Source of the DNA: Eubacteriales bacterium
GTDB lineage: Bacteria; Bacillota; Clostridia; Oscillospirales; CAG-272
Assembly (NCBI GenBank): GCA_045587985.1
Contig: JAZNDG010000067.1
Location: 22,126-86,125, forward strand
Reading direction: 5' to 3'
Length of the DNA: 64,000 bases
Position numbers and translations under genes: made by a program. The notes under the pieces are model-generated. The model was not told the DNA's origin, searched no databases, and worked only from the letters and a program-made list of their open reading frames with translations. This document shows, piece by piece, positions 33,360 through 42,899 of this stretch (the first letter of the stretch is position 1; every line of letters starts with the position of its first letter).

Positions 33360-34451
33360 ATGGCAACGAAAAAGGCAACGGCCACCAAAGAGAACAGTGA
33401 TAAGAGGGCGGCGCTTGAAACCGCGCTTGCCAGAATCGAGCGGGATTGCGGAAAGGGCACGATCATGCGGCTTGGCGAAAACGCCGCGATGAACGTGAGC
33501 GCCGTGTCAACCGGCTCGATGACGCTTGACCTTGCCCTTGGGATCGGCGGTGTGCCGCGCGGCAGAGTCATCGAGATCTACGGGCCCGAATCCTCGGGTA
33601 AGACCACCGTGGCGCTCCACGTGATCGCCGAGGTGCAGAAGGAGGGTGGCGAGGCCGCCTTTATCGATGCCGAACACGCATTGGATCCTGTGTACGCCAA
33701 GAAGCTGGGTGTTGACATCAATAACCTGCTCGTTTCCCAGCCCGACTGTGGGGAGCAGGCCCTTGAGATCGCAGAGGCGCTTGTGCTTTCGGGTGCCATT
33801 GACGTGATCGTGATCGACTCGGTGGCGGCGCTTGTGCCCCGCCAGGAGATCGATGGGGATATGGGGGATTCGCACGTGGGCCTGCAGGCGCGCTTGATGT
33901 CCCAGGCAATGAGAAAGCTCTCGGGCGCGATCTCGAAGAGCAACTGCGTTGTGATCTTTATCAACCAGCTCCGTGAGAAGGTCGGTGTGATGTACGGCAA
34001 CCCCGAGGTAACGCCGGGCGGCCGTGCGCTGAAGTTCTATTCCTCGGTGCGTATCGAGATCCGTAAGACCGAGAGCCTTAAAAACGGCAGTGAGGTCTTT
34101 GGCAACCGTGTGCGCTGCAAGGTGGTCAAGAACAAGGTGGCACCCCCCTTCAAAACGGCTGAATTTGATATTCTTTACGGTAAGGGCATCTGCAAATCGG
34201 CCGAGATCCTTGATGTTGGTCTGAAGCTCGGCTTCCTTGAAAAGAGCGGCTCCTGGTTCTCCTATGACGGCCAGCGCATCGGCCAGGGCAAGGACCGTGC
34301 ACGCGCCTACCTTGAATCGATGCCCGATGTGATGCGTGAGATCGAGGAGAAGATCAAGGAAAAATACCGCTCGATGGATCCCGATGAACCGATGCCCGAG
34401 GGGATTGACGAGGACGAGTTCGACCTGCGTGAATTTGAGGGCGAGGAGTAA
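33360..34451 (+). CDS. recA: Recombinase RecA
   Basis: The start [11 protein letters not shown] follows AAAGGAG. It has Walker [24 protein letters not shown] and [13 protein letters not shown]. Confidence 0.95.
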   Translation: MATKKATATKENSDKRAALETALARIERDCGKGTIMRLGENAAMNVSAVSTGSMTLDLALGIGGVPRGRVIEIYGPESSGKTTVALHVIAEVQKEGGEAAFIDAEHALDPVYAKKLGVDINNLLVSQPDCGEQALEIAEALVLSGAIDVIVIDSVAALVPRQEIDGDMGDSHVGLQARLMSQAMRKLSGAISKSNCVVIFINQLREKVGVMYGNPEVTPGGRALKFYSSVRIEIRKTESLKNGSEVFGNRVRCKVVKNKVAPPFKTAEFDILYGKGICKSAEILDVGLKLGFLEKSGSWFSYDGQRIGQGKDRARAYLESMPDVMREIEEKIKEKYRSMDPDEPMPEGIDEDEFDLREFEGEE

Positions 34452-34459
34452 AGAGGGCG

Positions 34460-35038
34460 ATGAAGCTTCTCCTTTGCACCCCCACCAAGGCGGGGGGCAT
34501 TACCCTTTCGGTCACGGAGGAGGGGGAGAGTGAGCCGAGGACCTTGACGGTGACAGGGGCGGAATACGCATCGCTCGGTGCGCCCGCCGCCGGAGGGGAG
34601 CTTGATGAGGCGACAAAAGAGCGCCTTATCCTCCTTGACGAATGTCACAGGGCCCGCCGTGCGGCCGCGCGCCTCCTTGAATTTGGGGACAATAATAAAA
34701 GGACTCTCATCCGCAAGCTCCGTACACGGGGCTTTTCGGCAGCGGCTGCCGAGGATGCTACCGCCTATATGGAGAAAAAGGGATACCTGCGTGAGGAGGA
34801 TCTGCTTTTGCGCTGTGTGCGCGCCTCCTTTAAGAAGCTCTGGGGCCCAAGGAAGATCACAGCGGCACTCACCGCCCGCGGCTTTGCAAGGGCGGAGGTG
34901 GAGGCCTGCATTGCCCGTCTTCTTGACGGGGAGATCGATATCCGTTTGCAAAAGCGCCTTCTGCTTGAGAAGCACGAGGGGCTTGATACGGTGAAAAAGC
35001 GCGCGCTGCTGTATCGCTACGGGTATGATCCTGAATAG
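34460..35038 (+). CDS. recX: RecX-like regulatory protein
   Basis: 192 aa, located immediately after recA. It shows the repeated helical motif pattern (RTLIRKLRTRGFS, AYMEKKGYLREEDL, PRKITAALTARGFA). Confidence 0.7.
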   Translation: MKLLLCTPTKAGGITLSVTEEGESEPRTLTVTGAEYASLGAPAAGGELDEATKERLILLDECHRARRAAARLLEFGDNNKRTLIRKLRTRGFSAAAAEDATAYMEKKGYLREEDLLLRCVRASFKKLWGPRKITAALTARGFARAEVEACIARLLDGEIDIRLQKRLLLEKHEGLDTVKKRALLYRYGYDPE

Positions 35039-35068
35039 AAAAAGGGCGGTCATGCGACCGCCCTTTTC

Positions 35069-35779
35069 TTATTCGCTTAAAAAGTCTTCCACCGCCGCCA
35101 TCATCTCGGGGTAGCCGCCGCGCGCAAAGCGCGCTGTGTCTATGCCGTCACGGTTGACAAGATGGTCGGTCAAGAGAAAGGTCCTGATCCCAAGCTTTTC
35201 CGCCACCATATCCTCCTTTGCATCGTTGCCCACCATCAGGCAATCGGCGGGGGAGGCATCAAGAGAAGCGAGAATATCGCGGTAGTAGCCGAGGTGCGGC
35301 TTGCAGAACCTTGTATTCTCATAGGTGGTGATCAGGGAAAAATCCTCGGGAAGCAGGCCTGCCCACGCGATCCTTGCATAGGTCCCCTCGTGTGGGAAGA
35401 TCGGGCTTGTGGCAAGCACGGCGCGCGCCCCCCGCTCCTTCACAAGGGTAAGCGTTTTCTTTACAAGAGCATTCCTTGAGCAGGTGGCGGCCACCTCGTG
35501 AAAGCGGGTTTTGTAGAATTGGGCAAGAGGTGCTTCAAGACGGTAGGCATCGTATCCAAGACAGTCGGAAAGCGCAAGGAAGAACACCTCGCGCCCGGTG
35601 GCGCGCCCGTCATTCTCCAAAACGGCGGGGAGGGATTTTTCAAGACAGCGCCTGGCAAGCCCCTCCTCGATCCCAAGCGAGATAAGCTCACGGTGCAAGC
35701 TGCTCAAAAAGGCCCGTATAAAGGCCTCCTGGTCCATCGGCAGAAGCGTGCCGTCAAGATCAAAGAGAACCGTCTTCAT
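35069..35779 (-). CDS. HAD-superfamily hydrolase
   Basis: MKTVLFDLDGTLLP (DxDGT motif I) and GNDAKEDM (motif IV-like). Confidence 0.75.
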   Translation of the reverse strand: MKTVLFDLDGTLLPMDQEAFIRAFLSSLHRELISLGIEEGLARRCLEKSLPAVLENDGRATGREVFFLALSDCLGYDAYRLEAPLAQFYKTRFHEVAATCSRNALVKKTLTLVKERGARAVLATSPIFPHEGTYARIAWAGLLPEDFSLITTYENTRFCKPHLGYYRDILASLDASPADCLMVGNDAKEDMVAEKLGIRTFLLTDHLVNRDGIDTARFARGGYPEMMAAVEDFLSE

Positions 35780-36281
35780 CCTGTTTTTCCCCCGTTTCCT
35801 CTTTCTTCCTCCGAAAGACGAAAAGCTTGCTGAACACGTAGTTTAAAAGCACCACAAGCACGCTCGCCGCGATCTTGATCGGCAGTGCGGGGAGCGAGAG
35901 CAGGGTGACAAAGAGAAGGAGCACCCCCTCCTCGAAAAGGAAGGTGATCACGCGGCTGGCATAGAAGGAGAGGACCTCAAGGAAAAGGGGCAAGGCGCCG
36001 CTTGTGCGGCTTTTGAATACCCAGGTGCGGTTGGTGAGGTAAGCAAACGCCACGGCCAGCACCCAGGAGATGGGGTTGGCAATAAAGGTGGCATCAAGGC
36101 CGAGCGGCCCTTCAAAAACAAAGAAGACAAGCCAGCTGACAAGGGTGGTAAGTCCCCCGAAAAGAAGGTAAAGGATCCCCTCCCTGTGCGCCTTGAGCCA
36201 GGGCTCGTATTTTCTTAAGGGTGGCATATGAAACAAGCGGTCAAAAAGATCGCCGCGCTTTGCGTTTTTTTCTTCACACAT
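35760..36281 (-). CDS. GtrA-family membrane protein
   Basis: I chose the ATG at 36281 (GGAGGA 7 nt upstream) rather than the TTG at 36305. There are four TM helices. ILYLLFGGLTTLVSWLVFFVF is GtrA-like. Confidence 0.6.
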   Translation of the reverse strand: MCEEKNAKRGDLFDRLFHMPPLRKYEPWLKAHREGILYLLFGGLTTLVSWLVFFVFEGPLGLDATFIANPISWVLAVAFAYLTNRTWVFKSRTSGALPLFLEVLSFYASRVITFLFEEGVLLLFVTLLSLPALPIKIAASVLVVLLNYVFSKLFVFRRKKEETGEKQDEDGSL

Positions 36282-36398
36282 CGCAAGTTCCTCCGTTTTC
36301 TCCAAGGGTTAGTATATCACCTTTTCCCGGATGATGCAAGAGGGAAAAGAAAAGGTGGGTGAAAAGAGCCCTCCTGCGCGCATCTTCATGACTTTTTC

Positions 36399-36427
36399 TT
36401 GACAAAACCGAACCTATCGTCTATAAT
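36399..36427 (+). promoter_or_regulatory. Promoter of the transketolase operon
   Basis: TTGACA (36399-36404), 17 nt, TATAAT (36422-36427): perfect consensus. Confidence 0.7.
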
Positions 36428-36474
36428 ATATAAGGAAATATATAAAGAGGCAGCAATGCCGGAAAGGGAATAGA

Positions 36475-37302
36475 ATGGAACTTACAAGAAAGCAAGAGCT
36501 TTCGGAGCTTGCGCGCAATATCCGCGTTGGCATTATCGAGGCTGTGTATCACGCGGGGTGCGGTCATCCCGGTGGCTCGCTCGGTATTACCGATGTGCTC
36601 ACCTATCTTTATTTTGAGGAGATGAACGTGAACCCCGCCGAGCCGAAGGCCGCTGACCGTGACCGTTTTGTGCTCTCGAAGGGGCATACTGCCCCCGCGC
36701 TGTATTCCACCCTTGCGCACCGCGGCTTTTTCCCTGTTGAGGAGCTGAAAACCCTCCGTCAGATCGACAGCCGCCTGCAGGGCCACCCGGATATGAAGAA
36801 TATCCCCGGTGTTGATATGACCACCGGCTCGCTCGGCCAGGGCATCTCGGCCGCCTGCGGCATGGCGCTTGCCGCCAAGATCAAGGGGGAGGATTACCGT
36901 GTTTATGCCGTTGTCGGTGACGGTGAGAGCGAGGAGGGCCAGGTTTGGGAGGCCGCCATGTTCGCCGCTCACTATAAGCTTGATAACCTTGTGGCAGTCA
37001 TTGACTGGAACGGCCTGCAGATCGATGGGCCGGTTACCGAGGTCATGAACCCCACCCCCCATGATGAAAAGATGCGCGCCTTTGGCTGGCACGTGATCTC
37101 GATCAACGGCAACGACCTTGATGAGATCGAGGCGGCCTTCAAGGAGGCCCGCACCGTGAAGGGTAAGCCCACCGCCATCATCGCAAAGACCCTGAAGGGC
37201 CGCGGTGTTTCGTATATGGAAAACGCAGTGGAGTGGCACGGTGCCGCCCCCAAGGAAGAGCAGTACAAGATCGCCCTTGCCGATCTTGGCGCCGCAAAGT
37301 GA
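36475..37302 (+). CDS. Transketolase, N-terminal subunit (split type)
   Basis: 275 aa with GCGHPGGSLG, the ThDP motif GDGESEEGQVWEA, and VIDWNGLQIDG. Confidence 0.9.
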   Translation: MELTRKQELSELARNIRVGIIEAVYHAGCGHPGGSLGITDVLTYLYFEEMNVNPAEPKAADRDRFVLSKGHTAPALYSTLAHRGFFPVEELKTLRQIDSRLQGHPDMKNIPGVDMTTGSLGQGISAACGMALAAKIKGEDYRVYAVVGDGESEEGQVWEAAMFAAHYKLDNLVAVIDWNGLQIDGPVTEVMNPTPHDEKMRAFGWHVISINGNDLDEIEAAFKEARTVKGKPTAIIAKTLKGRGVSYMENAVEWHGAAPKEEQYKIALADLGAAK

Positions 37303-37312
37303 GGTAGAAGCT

Positions 37313-38254
37313 ATGGAAAAGATTGCAACCCGTGAAGCCTACGGCAAGGCGCTTGCCGAGCTTGGCGAAACCTATGATTTCGTGGTGCTGGATGCTGACC
37401 TTGCGGCCGCAACCAAGACCGGTGTTTTCAAGAAGAAGTTCCCCGACCGCTTTTTTGACTGCGGCATTGCCGAGGCCAATATGACCTCGGTGGCGGCAGG
37501 TCTTGCCGCGGCCGGCGTCACCCCCTTTATCTCGAGCTTTGCAATGTTTACGGCAGGCCGTGCCTTTGTGCAGGTCCGCAACTCGATCGCCTACCCCCAC
37601 CTCAACGTCAAGATCGTTGGCACGCACGCCGGCATCACGGTGGGTGAGGACGGTGCGACCCACCAGTGCAACGAGGACCTGGCCCTGATGCGCTCGATCC
37701 CCGGTATGGTGGTCATCAACCCTGCCGATGCTACCTCCAGCCGCGCCGCGGTGAAGGCCGCTCTTGAATACGAGGGCCCCGTTTATCTCCGCTTCTCGCG
37801 CTATGCAACGCCCGACCTCTCCTCCGAGATCCCGGATTATACGTTCACGATCGGCCGCGGCATCACGCTTGCCGAGGGAGAGGACGTGACCATTGTGGCC
37901 TGCGGCTATATGGTCCACCTTGCCATGGAGGCAAAGGAGGCCCTCGCCGCCGAGGGTATCTCGGCCACCGTCATTGATATGCACACGGTCAAGCCGCTTG
38001 ATACCGCGCTTCTCCTTGCCGCCGCCAAGAAGACGGGTGCTGTTGTAACGGCTGAGGAGCATAATGTGAACGGCGGTCTTGGTGAGGCGGTTGCTGCCGC
38101 GCTTGCCGAAAGCTATCCCGTGCCGGTCATGCGTGTCGGTGTTGCCGATACCTTTGGCCGCAGCGGTAAGGTTCCGCCCCTGCTTGATATGTACGGCCTG
38201 ACCGCAGAGAAGATCGTTGAGCGTGCCAAGGCCGCGATCGCCCTTAAGAAATAA
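37313..38254 (+). CDS. Transketolase, C-terminal subunit (split type)
   Basis: The start is MEKIATREAYGKAL. It contains FFDCGIAEANM and GEDGATHQ. Confidence 0.9.
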   Translation: MEKIATREAYGKALAELGETYDFVVLDADLAAATKTGVFKKKFPDRFFDCGIAEANMTSVAAGLAAAGVTPFISSFAMFTAGRAFVQVRNSIAYPHLNVKIVGTHAGITVGEDGATHQCNEDLALMRSIPGMVVINPADATSSRAAVKAALEYEGPVYLRFSRYATPDLSSEIPDYTFTIGRGITLAEGEDVTIVACGYMVHLAMEAKEALAAEGISATVIDMHTVKPLDTALLLAAAKKTGAVVTAEEHNVNGGLGEAVAAALAESYPVPVMRVGVADTFGRSGKVPPLLDMYGLTAEKIVERAKAAIALKK

Positions 38255-38296
38255 AAGGAAAAGTGGGAGCCATCCTCGGGTGGCTCCCTCGCCTAT

Positions 38297-39211
38297 ATGG
38301 GAATGATGGAAAAGAACAAAAGCGGCCTTACCGAAAAGGAGATCCGTGCCTATAACGCAAAGACCATGCATCTCCTCTCGCTCTATCTGAACCTCACGGA
38401 GGATTTCATCACGCCGGATATCATCCTTGCGCTTACCGAGGAGTTCGGCATCACGAATGAGGAGGCCTATGCCACCGTGCTTGCCACCGCCTGCGGGCTT
38501 GAAACGGCAGGCCGTGACAGGGTGTATTTCGAGAATTATTTTTTGCCGATGGTCAAGGAGCTTGATCCCCTTGAATTTGAGCTTGATCCCTACTATGAGA
38601 GGGTGAAGCTTCCGAATGTTCACTCGGGCAAATGGGAGCTTAAAACCATGACGCTGGCGCCCTGCTGCGCCTTCGTGCGGGACGACCCCGCCGTCTATCC
38701 CGATGGGCGTATGATCCCCTCGATCGGCTTCTTTATGCGCCCCTTTTCATATCCCGCCGCCCTTGAGGGGGGCAGGGAATGGATGACCCTGATGCCAAAC
38801 GAAACGGTCACCACGCTGCCCGCCGTTTACCGCGCACACGGAAGGGTCCTCACCTTCGGTCTTGGCCTTGGCTATTTCGCCTTCCGCGCCGCCATGAAGG
38901 AGGAGGTAAAGAGCGTGACGGTGGTGGAGCTTTCATCCGATGCCGCCCGTCTTTTTGAGGAGCACATCCTCAAATGGATACCGCATCCCGAAAAGGTGCG
39001 GGTGGTGGTGGAGGATGCCTTCTCCTTTCTCGATTCGATGAAGGCGGGCGAATACGATTTCGTCTTTGCCGATATCTGGCATGACGTTTCGGACGGGCGG
39101 CCCCTTTACCACCGCTTTAAGACGTATGAGGCGCGCTTTCCCGAAACCGAGTTTACCTATTGGCTTGAGGATACGATCCTCTGCTATGAGGACCCCACCC
39201 TATGGCCGTAA
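38297..39211 (+). CDS. Spermidine-synthase-like / class I SAM-methyltransferase-fold protein
   Basis: 304 aa. VLTFGLGLGYFAFRAA (a glycine-rich loop), VTVVELS and FADIWHD resemble the spermidine synthase fold. The function is uncertain. Confidence 0.45.
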   Translation: MGMMEKNKSGLTEKEIRAYNAKTMHLLSLYLNLTEDFITPDIILALTEEFGITNEEAYATVLATACGLETAGRDRVYFENYFLPMVKELDPLEFELDPYYERVKLPNVHSGKWELKTMTLAPCCAFVRDDPAVYPDGRMIPSIGFFMRPFSYPAALEGGREWMTLMPNETVTTLPAVYRAHGRVLTFGLGLGYFAFRAAMKEEVKSVTVVELSSDAARLFEEHILKWIPHPEKVRVVVEDAFSFLDSMKAGEYDFVFADIWHDVSDGRPLYHRFKTYEARFPETEFTYWLEDTILCYEDPTLWP

Positions 39212-39333
39212 GAAAAGTCCGACACCTTTTCCGAATGTGTCGGACTTTTCTACATATTGAGGGGCTTTGCTCTTGCCTTATCTTCAAAATATGATATAAT
39301 ACGACTTGTATGCGCAAAAGGAAAGGAGCCCCT

Positions 39334-40359
39334 ATGCTTTACATGCTCAAAACGCTTTTTATGAAGGCGATCATCAAAAGGAAGCAGGCAACCCCCCTTG
39401 ACTACGGGATGGCGGAGGCCTATACCCTTCCGAAGGATGCGGATGACACCGTAAACAACAGCTACTATTTTTCGGCCCACGGGGAGGACGGCACCTCTCT
39501 TTATTGCCGCCTCGGCATCCGTGCCTCCTTCCGCGAGGTTTGGTTCTTCTATAAAAAGGGAGGCACCGCCTATACCCACCGCCAGCTGATCCATAAGGGG
39601 GACTGCCCCCTTTCGGTCGAGCGCGCGGAGGACGGCTGGCGCTTTACCTACCGCGGCATTCTGCAGGATGATGAGGGGAATGGGGTAGAGGCATCCTTCC
39701 GCGGTCTTTTCTCGTCAAGCGAGGCACCGGTTGACTTCTTTACCGACATGCCCCCCGTGCGTACCGCCAAGGCGATGGCAGGCGAAAGGTGGAGCCGTGA
39801 CTTCTTCCGCGAGGTGCAAAAGAACAATCAGGTGCATTACGAGCAGCTTGGCAGGCTTTCGGGCACGCTTATCCTCGGCAGTGAGGAAACAGCACTTGAC
39901 CTTCCTTGCGTGCGTGACCATTCCTTTGGCACGCGCAGATGGGAATATATGAATAACCACCTCTGGCTGATGGCGGTAAACGATACCTCCCAGCTGAATT
40001 TCTCCATGGTGTCCTACCCCGCCATGACCGCCCTTGAGGTCGGCAATTTCAAGCCGAGCGAGGGTGGGATGCGCTATCTGCTCTCGGCCGACTACGATCG
40101 CTTTGCCGTGGCGGAGGGTAAGATGCCGGAGAAGCTTTCCCTTACCCTGCGCCAAAAGGGCGGGGGTACGCTCTCGGTCCTTTGTGACTGCCGCTACTTT
40201 ACCGAATATCTCTTTGAAGGTGGGGCTTACCGCCTGCTTGAGGGGATCGCCGAGTTCAAAATTGACGGCGTATCCTACCGCGGCATTCTTGAGCTTGGGT
40301 TTAACCGCGATGCCTCTCGTATATTCAACGGAAAAGACATAAGAAAGCTGAAGGTTTGA
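39334..40359 (+). CDS. Hypothetical protein (341 aa) coupled to the PEP-utilising enzyme
   Basis: The start MLYMLKTLF was chosen because GGAAAGGAG lies 5 nt upstream. It contains CVRDHSFGTRRW. Its stop is 4 nt before the next start. No domain assigned. Confidence 0.55.
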   Translation: MLYMLKTLFMKAIIKRKQATPLDYGMAEAYTLPKDADDTVNNSYYFSAHGEDGTSLYCRLGIRASFREVWFFYKKGGTAYTHRQLIHKGDCPLSVERAEDGWRFTYRGILQDDEGNGVEASFRGLFSSSEAPVDFFTDMPPVRTAKAMAGERWSRDFFREVQKNNQVHYEQLGRLSGTLILGSEETALDLPCVRDHSFGTRRWEYMNNHLWLMAVNDTSQLNFSMVSYPAMTALEVGNFKPSEGGMRYLLSADYDRFAVAEGKMPEKLSLTLRQKGGGTLSVLCDCRYFTEYLFEGGAYRLLEGIAEFKIDGVSYRGILELGFNRDASRIFNGKDIRKLKV

Positions 40360-40363
40360 CAGT

Positions 40364-42775
40364 ATGAGAATCATTTCACTTGGCGCTCTTTCGGAGGAGG
40401 ACGCAAAAAGGGCGGGCGGTAAGGCCCGCGGCCTTGACTTTATGAAGAAAGAGGGCTATACGATCGCAGACGGCTTTGTCGTCATGGAGCTTGATGCGCT
40501 CGGCAAAGAGGAGGAGAGGGATCTTCTTTCCGCCTTCCGCGCGCTGGGTGCCGAGCGGGTATCGGTCCGCTCAAGCGCTACGAACGAGGATGGGAGCGAG
40601 CTTTCCTCGGCCGGGCAGTACGAAACCTGCCTGAACGTGACCGAGGAGGGGCTGATCGAGGCTGTTCGCCATTGCCTTTCCTCGCTCTACGGTGAGCGCG
40701 CCGCCGCGTATGCCGAGGCCATGAGGACCGAGGGCGGCGGCAGGATGAACCTTGTTGTCGAGGAGATGGTGGATGCATCCAAGGCGGGTGTTGTCTTTAC
40801 CACCGATCCCGGTGACCGGGATGCCGTCCTTATCGAATCGGTGGACGGGCTCGGTGAAAACCTGGTCAGCGGCCATGTTGCGGCCTATCGCTATTCGATC
40901 GCGCGGGACGGCTTCCGTTTCCCCGAGGTAGAGGGGAATCTTGATGCCCCGACCCTTGAGCGGATCTATAAGGAGAGCCTTGCGATCAAGGAGCGCTTTG
41001 GGTGTGAATCCGACCTTGAGTGGGCGGTGGACCGGGCAGGCCGTCTTTTCTGGCTCCAGCTCCGCCCGATCACCACGCTCGGGAATGCCGATGTCTTTGA
41101 GTTTGACACGGGGGAAAGCCTCAAGGGGCACCTCTTTACCAGCCGCAACGTAGGCGAGATGCTTCCCGGCGCCGTCACCCCGCTTTCCCTATCCACAAGC
41201 GTTCTGGCGATCGACTACGGCATCCGTGATATGATGCGCTATGTCGGATGCATGAAGAACGCCGGCGATATGCCCGATTTCTCTATCATCCTGCCCTTTG
41301 GCTATCACCTTTTCTTTGATATGACAAAGCTCCACAGGATGAAAAACCATGTGAAGATGGCCACCGCCGATGCGATGAACCTCTCGATCATGGGGGAATA
41401 CTACCAGCCCTGTCCCGAGCCGGAGGGGACCCCGCGCAACATCTTTACAAGACTCTTCAACTGCACAAAATTCGGTAAATACCTCTTTTCCTCAAAGCGT
41501 GCCTGCCGTGAGGCGGAGGAGATCGCAAACGGCCTTACCTTCCTTGAAAGGGATACGGCGGCCGCGCTCTACGCCGAGATCGATGAAAAGCTCCCCGTGA
41601 TGAATGAGGTGCTCTGCCGCCACTACATCTGCTCCAGCTTCTCGGGCTCGATGAACAGCACCCTGATGCTGACGCTTGAAAAGGATTTTGAGAGCAAGGA
41701 GGATTATCAGGCCTTTGTCGCTTCGATCCTCTCGGATATTGACGGAATCGAGAGCGCCGATATCCTGCGGGCGCTCCGTGAGCTTGGTGCTGCTGTGCTT
41801 GCCGTCTGTCCGGATGCCAAGAGCCTTTCGGAGGAGGAGCTTCTTGCCCTTCTTCATAATGGGGAATACACCGAGGTAGCCGCTCTTTACAGCGCCTTCC
41901 TCGAAAAGCACGGCCACCGCTCGATCAAGGAGGCAGAGCTGCGTAGCCGCGGCTGGCGGGACGATGAGGGGGCCCTTGTCCGCAATCTGCACGCCGTGCT
42001 TGTCGGCGGTCTTGAGGAGGCAGAGCACAAGCCCTACGACCCTGCGACCCTGTATTCCCGCTTTGGCCTTGTCAAGCGCAAGGCGCTCGGCTGGATCGGC
42101 AAGAATGCCCGCCGCGCCGTCTGCGAGAGGGAATATACCAAATCCCGCATCATCCGCGTGATCGATGCCTTTAAGGTGCAGTACCGCAAGCTGGCGGCCA
42201 TCCTGGTGCAGGACGGCCTACTTCCCGATGAGGACCTGATCTACTTCCTTACCCACCGTGAGATCGGCCGCCTGATCGCGGGGGAAAGCTCCCTTGCCGA
42301 GCGCGCTCTTTCCCGCCGCGCGGTCTTCCCGGAGGCCGAGGCGCTTTCCTATCCCGATGTGTCGATCGGAAAGCCGAAGCCCCTTGCTGCCTTTAGTGCC
42401 GACTGTGGGGAAGCCCTGCACGGTGTCCCTGTGTCCCGTGGGCGCGTTGTCGGCCGTGCGCGCATCGTGAAGAGCGTTTCGGATGCCGAGGCACTGACGC
42501 ACGGAGAGGTGATGGTTGCCTCCTTTACCGACATCGGCTGGTCGCCCTACTATTCGATTATCTCGGCCCTTGTCACCGAGGTGGGCAGCGCCCTTTCACA
42601 CGGGGCGGTGGTCGCGCGCGAATACGGCCTTCCCACGGTTGTGAACGCCAAGGGTGCAACCGCCTGCATCAAGACGGGGGATCCCGTTCTTGTGGATGCC
42701 ACCCACGGCACGGTCGCCATCCTTTCCGAGGAGGAATATGCCGAGGAAATGGGCAGGGTGGCCGTAGCTGTATAA
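40364..42775 (+). CDS. PEP-utilising enzyme with rifampicin-phosphotransferase-like architecture
   Basis: 803 aa. The N-terminus is a PPDK_N/ATP-grasp type (GGKARGLDFMKKEGYTIADGFVV, VSVRSSATNEDGSELSSAGQYET). The C-terminal swivel His domain is VASFTDIGWSPYYSIISALVTEVGSALSHGAVVAREYGLPTVV. Confidence 0.7.
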   Translation: MRIISLGALSEEDAKRAGGKARGLDFMKKEGYTIADGFVVMELDALGKEEERDLLSAFRALGAERVSVRSSATNEDGSELSSAGQYETCLNVTEEGLIEAVRHCLSSLYGERAAAYAEAMRTEGGGRMNLVVEEMVDASKAGVVFTTDPGDRDAVLIESVDGLGENLVSGHVAAYRYSIARDGFRFPEVEGNLDAPTLERIYKESLAIKERFGCESDLEWAVDRAGRLFWLQLRPITTLGNADVFEFDTGESLKGHLFTSRNVGEMLPGAVTPLSLSTSVLAIDYGIRDMMRYVGCMKNAGDMPDFSIILPFGYHLFFDMTKLHRMKNHVKMATADAMNLSIMGEYYQPCPEPEGTPRNIFTRLFNCTKFGKYLFSSKRACREAEEIANGLTFLERDTAAALYAEIDEKLPVMNEVLCRHYICSSFSGSMNSTLMLTLEKDFESKEDYQAFVASILSDIDGIESADILRALRELGAAVLAVCPDAKSLSEEELLALLHNGEYTEVAALYSAFLEKHGHRSIKEAELRSRGWRDDEGALVRNLHAVLVGGLEEAEHKPYDPATLYSRFGLVKRKALGWIGKNARRAVCEREYTKSRIIRVIDAFKVQYRKLAAILVQDGLLPDEDLIYFLTHREIGRLIAGESSLAERALSRRAVFPEAEALSYPDVSIGKPKPLAAFSADCGEALHGVPVSRGRVVGRARIVKSVSDAEALTHGEVMVASFTDIGWSPYYSIISALVTEVGSALSHGAVVAREYGLPTVVNAKGATACIKTGDPVLVDATHGTVAILSEEEYAEEMGRVAVAV

Positions 42776-42899
42776 AAAACTTTGCATTTTAAACCCCTGA
42801 AGGAGCTGTGTACCGAGCAGCTCCTTCTTTCTCTTTGGCGCACATGTGATTTTTTGCATATCGGGGACATACACATATAAGAAAAAGGGGGGCGCGGCG

